From Parcubacteria group bacterium (lineage in GTDB: Bacteria > Patescibacteriota > Minisyncoccia > Phycocordibacterales > Phycocordibacteraceae), in assembly GCA_028286605.1 (NCBI GenBank), contig JAQBRE010000007.1, positions 44,537 to 108,536 on the forward strand: DNA of 64,000 nt. The letters are read 5' to 3'. The notes under the pieces were generated by a model. It saw only the letters and a program-made list of their open reading frames with translations, made no database searches and was not told the DNA's origin. Numbering within the stretch: the first letter of the stretch is position 1; the number at the start of each line of letters is the position of its first letter. Position numbers and translations under genes: made by a program. Positions 57,969-64,000 of the stretch are shown here, piece by piece.

Positions 57969-58448
57969 ATGAGCGAAACGATGAAGGAACAAGTTACCCG
58001 CATGCCGACGTGGGCGAAGCAGTACGCGTTCTGGCAGTGCGTTAGTTTCTGCCGGCGCATCCTCCTCGCTTATTTTGTTGCGGCCTGCACGTTCTATGCG
58101 ATCGTGCATCAGGTCGCCCTGCTTAGCATGCTGATGCAGGAAAACATGCTGCCGTACCTGCTCGTACCGTTCGGTCTTTTCATGTGTCTCATATGCGCCG
58201 TCAACTGGCTCTCGTATCCGGACCACGTCGAGCAAGCCGAACGGGAAGGACAGGAAGAATCAGAGCGCAGCGTTCGGGCGGATCGTTTCACGCTCATGCT
58301 TTCGCCGATTATCGCCTTAGGTGCGCTTCTTCTGCCTATCGTAGGAGCCTACAGATTATCCTGGATGATCAGTGTCGGGGTCTTTCTGGTTATGTTTTGG
58401 TCGATCGTGACGTTCATCAATGGACGAAAAGAGACCTTTGGTCTCTAG
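57969..58448 (+). CDS. Four-TM membrane protein (orphan)
   Basis: TGG-TATATT promoter, purine-rich SD-like leader, hydrophobic segments, downstream hairpin. Confidence 0.7.
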   Translation: MSETMKEQVTRMPTWAKQYAFWQCVSFCRRILLAYFVAACTFYAIVHQVALLSMLMQENMLPYLLVPFGLFMCLICAVNWLSYPDHVEQAEREGQEESERSVRADRFTLMLSPIIALGALLLPIVGAYRLSWMISVGVFLVMFWSIVTFINGRKETFGL

Positions 58449-58538
58449 CATCGCACCGGCCTCCGAACCCCTCCCGCATACACGGGCGGGGTTCTTCTTT
58501 TGACCTTTTGACCCCTATCTGGTATCGTTGGCTCCACT

Positions 58539-59015
58539 ATGTTGATGATCCGTTTCCAGCGCATCGGCCGCAAGAATGATCCTGCGTTCCGTATGCTCGT
58601 GCTCGAGAAAGCGTCCGGCCCTAAGGCGGGCAAGTATGTCGACCTCGTCGGCACCTATAACCCTAAGACTAAGGCCGTAACGCTCCAGCCAGAGCGCATC
58701 AAGGACTGGGTCGCGAAGGGTGCACAGGTTTCACCTTCACTCATGAACCTCCTTATCTCAAAGGGCGTATTCGAAGGAAAGAAGAAGAACGTCCTTCCCA
58801 TGAAGACCTATCCCGTTCCAGCTCCTGTCGTTGAGGAAGCACCTGCAGCACCAGCACCCGTTGCTGAGGCACCAGTAGAAACTGCTGCTGAAGAAGCGCC
58901 AGTTGAAGTAACTCCTGAAGAAGTCGCGACCGTTGAGGAAGCTCCGGTTGAAGAAGCCGCTGTCGAAGAGGCGCCAGCTGAAGAGGCTGCACCTGCAGAA
59001 GAAGTCGCTGCGTAA
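58539..59015 (+). CDS. rpsP: 30S ribosomal protein S16 with acidic Ala/Glu/Pro tail
   Basis: MLMIRFQRIGRKN, GTYNP, W..KGAQVS. Confidence 0.95.
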   Translation: MLMIRFQRIGRKNDPAFRMLVLEKASGPKAGKYVDLVGTYNPKTKAVTLQPERIKDWVAKGAQVSPSLMNLLISKGVFEGKKKNVLPMKTYPVPAPVVEEAPAAPAPVAEAPVETAAEEAPVEVTPEEVATVEEAPVEEAAVEEAPAEEAAPAEEVAA

Positions 59016-59092
59016 GCAGCTGCTCTTCATGCATTTTTCGTTCTTCTATTGTCATCCTGTACCGATACCCTGTAACACTCTGAAAACCTTTT

Positions 59093-59398
59093 ATGGATAT
59101 AGACCAGCAATTTCTCGAATACGTAGTCAAAGCGCTTGTAGATAATCAGGACGCCGTCGTTGTTGCACGCACCGTAGACGAAATGGGCGTACTCCTTACG
59201 CTCACCGTTTCTCCGGACGATATGGGTAAGATCATCGGTCGTGATGGAAACATCGCGAAAGCGCTCCGTACGCTCCTGCGCGTCGTCGGCATGAAGCACA
59301 ACGCCCGCGTGAACATGAAGATCAACGAGCCAGCCGGCGGCAAGCGTTTCGGCGAAGAGCGTTCTCTTGAAGACGTCATCGGTGACATAAACCAGTAG
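59093..59398 (+). CDS. khpA: KH-domain RNA-binding protein
   Basis: DMGKIIGRDG...ALRTLL; canonical position after rpsP. Confidence 0.9.
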   Translation: MDIDQQFLEYVVKALVDNQDAVVVARTVDEMGVLLTLTVSPDDMGKIIGRDGNIAKALRTLLRVVGMKHNARVNMKINEPAGGKRFGEERSLEDVIGDINQ

Positions 59399-59419
59399 CG
59401 CCAACTGCGCAGCACACTT

Positions 59420-60115
59420 ATGCTTCGCTTCCATCTCATAACGCTATTTCCTGAGGCGTGCGATGCGTATCTGAATGCATCGATACTCGGGCGCGCTCGC
59501 ATGAATAAGAAGATCAAGGTGGATTATCAGAGTCCGCGTGATTTCGTTACGAACAAGTGGGGAAAAGTCGATGAGCGCCCGTATGGCGGCGGCCCCGGCA
59601 TGGTCATGACCGCGCTGCCGGTGGTGAAGGCGGTGAAGAAGTCGCTTACGCGACGCACCGGAAAGATTGCCATCGTGTGGTTCGTTCCTGGTGCGAAACC
59701 TTTCAATAATAAAGAAGCTGATGCGCTCGCGAAGTTTGATGACGTTGTGCTGGTCTGCGGACGCTACGAAGGCATTGATGATCGCGCGCAGAAGATGATC
59801 AAGACGATGGGAACGCTCAAGACCTATTCCGTTGGCGAAGCGACGCTCACGGGCGGGGAGGTTCCTGCGATGGCGATCGTGGATGCGGTAACCCGCCGCC
59901 TGCCTGGCGTGCTCGGCAAAGACGAATCGGTTGAAGAACGCCGCGTTGCCTCGCGCGCCGTGTATACCCGTCCTGAGGTAATCGAGTGGGAAGGGAAGAA
60001 GTATCCAACCCCAAAGATCCTCCTTACAGGCCATGCAGCTTTGATTGAAGAATGGCGCGGCGGAACGCTGGAAACCACGAGTGCCAAGAAAGCCATAAAG
60101 AAGGCTTCAAAATAG
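59420..60115 (+). CDS. trmD: tRNA (m1G37) methyltransferase
   Basis: TLFPE, VDERPYGGGPGMV, CGRYEGID, TGGE, YTRP. Confidence 0.95.
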   Translation: MLRFHLITLFPEACDAYLNASILGRARMNKKIKVDYQSPRDFVTNKWGKVDERPYGGGPGMVMTALPVVKAVKKSLTRRTGKIAIVWFVPGAKPFNNKEADALAKFDDVVLVCGRYEGIDDRAQKMIKTMGTLKTYSVGEATLTGGEVPAMAIVDAVTRRLPGVLGKDESVEERRVASRAVYTRPEVIEWEGKKYPTPKILLTGHAALIEEWRGGTLETTSAKKAIKKASK

Positions 60116-60132
60116 GACATATTTGCAGGCTA

Positions 60133-60161
60133 TTGACAAATACGCTTAAAAGGCGTATATT
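60133..60161 (+). promoter_or_regulatory. Sigma70-type promoter of orphan gene 60215
   Basis: TTGACA-N17-TATATT. Confidence 0.7.
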
Positions 60162-60214
60162 AGTAGGGAACCACTGACCTTTCCATTCACACCACATTCT
60201 GTTGGGAGAACCAC

Positions 60215-60553
60215 ATGATCAACTTGATCTTCGTTCCGATTGTCATTGCGATCATCGCAGCGATTCTGACCCTGATCCTCGGTGGATTTCGGTCCTTCAC
60301 GAACCTGGCCTTTCTGGTTCCGGTCGTGATTACTGGTCTCATCACCTTCGCCTACGGCCATCCGTACAACTACTTTGCCGACAAAGCGGAATTCGATTAT
60401 GACCGCATCGGTCTCGGCATCATCTGCGCCATCTCCGGCATGGTGATCGGCTGCCTGCTGCGCCGAGGATTCGATTTGAGTCGTCAGGACGAACCTGTCG
60501 TACTCAATCGCCCTGGCCACATGCCTGGTTGCAAGGTCAACCGCTTGGTTTGA
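60215..60553 (+). CDS. Small three-TM membrane protein (orphan)
   Basis: GGGAG SD, hydrophobic segments, own promoter and terminator (~60584-60617). Confidence 0.7.
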   Translation: MINLIFVPIVIAIIAAILTLILGGFRSFTNLAFLVPVVITGLITFAYGHPYNYFADKAEFDYDRIGLGIICAISGMVIGCLLRRGFDLSRQDEPVVLNRPGHMPGCKVNRLV

Positions 60554-60650
60554 CACGAACATGGTGGGGAATCAAAAATACGAAGGCGGGCACCAATTCT
60601 GGTGACCCGCCTTTTTCTATACCTATTCACATAATATTCACGGCCCTCCC

Positions 60651-60679
60651 TTGACCCGATATGGTAGGGAGGCTATACT
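60651..60679 (+). promoter_or_regulatory. Sigma70-type promoter of rpoB
   Basis: TTGACC-N17-TATACT. Confidence 0.7.
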
Positions 60680-60842
60680 GGTTTTAACCAGAACGGATTG
60701 AGTGGCGGCAGGCACTCTGGCGGGCACACCGGGCTCCAACGAAATAAAATACACGATTTACAAGCGTCTCGGAAACGAGAGACGCGGCTCATGGTACACA
60801 TGAGCCCATTTGGCGTTTCCGGGCTTCACTTTTACCTACTCT

Positions 60843-63800
60843 ATGCCGAAGGCAAAAACGCTCGTGCAGAAGACGTTCGGGGCATACCGCGCACCTCGCG
60901 TGGATTTCCCAGATTTGGTAGGACACCAGCGCGAATCTTTCAACTGGTTCCTCCGCGACGGACTCAAGGAGCTCTTCAACGAGTTCTCTCCGATTGGCGA
61001 CTATTCCAGCAAGAAGTTCGAGCTTCGTTTTGACGGGTTCGAAATCGGCGAGCCGAAGGGAGATGAGGAATCAGCGCGTGAGAACATGCGCACGTACGAG
61101 GCGCCTCTGAAGGCGACCGTCACGCTCCTCAACAAGACATTCGGTTCAGAAAAGACGCAGGACATCTTCCTCGCGGATATTCCTATGATGACCCCTCATG
61201 GGTCTTTTATCGTATCCGGCGTTGAGCGCGCTATCGTGCCGCAGCTCGCACGTTCGTTCGGCGCATTCTTCGCTTCAGAGGAAACGAAGGGCAAGACGTA
61301 CTTCGGCGCGAAGATCCTTCCTGCGCGTGGCGTATGGATCGAGATCGAAACCGATGTAGACGGTGCGATCTTCGTTAAGATCGACCGCAAGCGCCGCTTC
61401 CCTATGAGCAACCTCCTCACCATCTTCGGTGCAGGAACGAAGGAAGACGTTATGGGACTCTTCGCGAAGGATCCAATCGCGCTCGCAGCTATGAACGCGA
61501 CTATCGCGCACGACACGGCTAAGACCGTTGACGACGCATACGTTGAGATTCACCGCCGCATGCGCGACGGCGACCTCGCGACGCCAGATAACGCGAAGCA
61601 GTACGTGAACACCCTGTTCGCTCCTGAGCGCTACGACCTTTCTAAGGTCGGACGTCATCGCCTTAACGCGCGCTTCGGCCTCCCTACGGACAAGAAGTCC
61701 CTTGAGCAGCGCGCGCTTACGCTCGACGACCTCACTCGCATCACCGCAGAGATTGCACGCCTTAACGTAACGCCAGACGCGCAGCCGGATGATATCGATC
61801 ACCTCGGATTCCGCCGTGTCCGTTTCGTGGGTGAGCTTCTTCAGGCCCGCATGCGCGTGGGTATGAGCCGCATGAAGCGCAACATCCAGGACCGCATGAG
61901 CACCATCGAGTCGGAGACGACGCTTCCGATGGCATTCGTGAATCCTCGTCCGCTTCAGGCTTCGGTCCGTGAATTCTTCACGGCCAACCAGCTTTCGCAG
62001 TTCATGGACCAGCAGAACATTCTTGCTGAGCTCGAGAACATGCGTACGCTTTCCGCGCTCGGTCCGGGCGGCCTCACTCGTGAGCGCGCCGGCTTCGAAG
62101 TTCGCGACGTGCACCCTTCGCACTACGGACGCCTCTGCCCGATTCACACGCCGGAAGGTCAGAACATCGGACTCATCCTTCGCCTCGCGCTTCATGCGCG
62201 TACGAACGAGTTCGGCGTTATCGAGACTCCGTACGTAAAGGTTAAGAACGGCATGGTCTCTGAAGACGTCGTATACCTCAACGCGCTCGAAGAAGAAACC
62301 GTAACCATCGCTCATGCCGCTACTCCGGTAGATGACAAGGGACGTATCGTTCCTGATTCCATCGAGGCACGTAAGAACGGCGAGCCGGCTATCGTTGAGC
62401 GCAACGAGATCGAGCTCATCGACGCTTCCACCTACCAGATGTTCAGCGCCGCAACGGCAATGATCCCGTTCGTGGACCACGACGATGCGAACCGCGCACT
62501 GATGGGTTCGAACATGCAGAAGCAGGCGACTCCGGTCCTCATCCCTGAGGCACCTATCGTCGCGACTGGCATCGAAGGACACGCAGCACGCAACACGGGA
62601 CGCCTCGTCCTCGCTGAAGAAGCGGGCGACGTTACCTTCGTTGATGCGCGCCACGTAACCATCACGAACAAGGAAGGAAAGAAGAAGGAGTACAAGCTCC
62701 AGGGCCTCACGCAGACGAACCAGAACTCGGCATTCAGCCAGCGCCCTTCCGTGATGATGGGCGACAAGGTGAAGAAGGGTGATGTGCTCGCAGATGCTTC
62801 AAGTTCGGACCAGGGCCAGATGGCTCTCGGCCAGAACGTACGCGTCGCCTTCATGAGCTGGAACGGCGCAAACTACGAAGACGCGATCATCGTGTCTGAG
62901 CGCCTCGTGCAGGACTCGAAATTTACTACCGTGCACATCGAAGAATTCGAAGCAGCCGTCCGCGACACCAAGCTTGGTCCGGAAGTCACCACGCACGACA
63001 TTCCTAACGTCGGCGAGATGCGCCTTAAGAACCTCGACGAGGAAGGCGTTATCCGCATCGGCGCGGAAGTACGTCCTGGCGACATTCTTGTAGGTAAGGT
63101 AACGCCAAAGGGCGAGACGCAGCTTACTCCTGAAGAGCGTCTCCTTCGTTCGATCTTCGGCGACAAGGCCAAGGACGTGAAGGACACCTCGCTCCGTATG
63201 GAAGGAGGCAAGCGTGGTCGTGTCATCGGCGTGAAGGTCTTCAGCCGCGAACGCGGCGACCAGCTCGAGAGCGGCATCATCAAGAAGATCGTCGTTACCG
63301 TCGCGCAGGTCCGTAACGTATCCGTGGGTGACAAGCTCGCAGGACGTCACGGCAACAAGGGAGTCATCTCGCGCGTGCTTCCGGTGGAAGACATGCCGTA
63401 TGACGAGAACGGAAATCCTGTCGATGTGATCCTCACACCGCTCGGCGTTCCTTCCCGTATGAACCTCGGACAGATCCTCGAGCTTCACCTCGGCCTCGCA
63501 GCCAACACGCTCGGCTATCAGGCAATCGTGCCGCCATTCGCCGGCGCCTCCGCTGAAGAGATTCGCGAAGAGCTCGTGAAGGCAGGCTTCGACAAGACCG
63601 GAAAGCTCCAGCTCTTCGACGGCCACTCAGGCGAAGCATTCGCACAGCCCGTATCAGTCGGCTACATGTACATCCTGAAACTCCACCACATGGTGGAAGA
63701 CAAGATCCACATGCGTTCGATCGGTCCGTACAGCCTCATCACCCAGCAGCCGCTCGGAGGAAAGGCGCAGAACGGCGGTCAGCGTTTCGGAGAAATGGAA

Positions 63801-64000
63801 GTGTGGGCGCTCCTCGGCTACGGTTCGGCATACACGCTTCGCGAGATGCTCACCATCAAGTCGGACGACATCACGGGCCGCTCCGCGACCTTCGATGCGA
63901 TCGTGAAGGGCGAACCCGTTTCGCACTCCGGAACACCGGCATCATTCGCCGTACTTACTAACCAGATCCGCGGCCTCGCGCTCGACATCGAGCCGATGGA
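60843..64000 (+). CDS. rpoB: RNA polymerase beta subunit, 3'-partial (absent from the ORF track because it runs off the window)
   Basis: [61 protein letters not shown]. Confidence 0.97.
   Translation, partial: [1052 protein letters not shown]

Noticed and set aside
52337-60553. Alternative genetic code (UGA=Gly)
   Set aside because: Long genes translate uninterrupted in the standard code and TGA ends ORFs 52642 and 60553 just before terminators.
61196-63926. Long minus-strand ORFs (e.g. 459 and 275 aa)
   Set aside because: Antisense shadows of rpoB caused by codon bias. The same applies to most overlapping ORFs across the giant gene, dnaE, smc and rnr.

Overview
A 64-kb chromosomal segment that looks like a streamlined Patescibacteria (CPR) genome, probably Parcubacteria. 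This assignment is inferred from gene content, shortened housekeeping proteins and scarce Shine-Dalgarno (SD) motifs. It opens inside a giant (>4,720 aa, 5'-truncated) Thr/Gly/Ser-rich modular surface or fibre protein followed by a Gly-rich secreted partner. Next come a glycolysis/pentose-phosphate cluster (gap, rpiB, rpe, split tkt, PfkB kinase, class I aldolase), a surface cluster (pilin, coiled-coil lytic transglycosylase, Cys-rich proteins) and translation genes (rplY, rpmE2, prfA, rpsB, tsf, tRNA-Thr, pheST, thrS). The rest holds folB, gyrB, a sortase locus with an IPYTG-type substrate, dnaE, rnhB, rpmF, a nusB-NUDIX fusion, rnc, a short hinge-less smc, rnr, rpsP-khpA-trmD and most of rpoB. 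I found no CRISPR array, transposase, integrase or rRNA. The best leads are: (1) the sortase/IPYTG locus, whose substrate carries a large cytoplasmic tail; (2) a two-copy ~85-nt intergenic RNA-like element with compensatory base changes; (3) the giant mosaic fibre protein with an internal S74-type autocleavage chaperone; (4) an anticodon-less tRNA-like element between nusB-NUDIX and rnc; (5) the hinge-less SMC; (6) a split between leaderless core genes and SD-led orphan cassettes. All family assignments come from reading motifs by eye; no searches were run.
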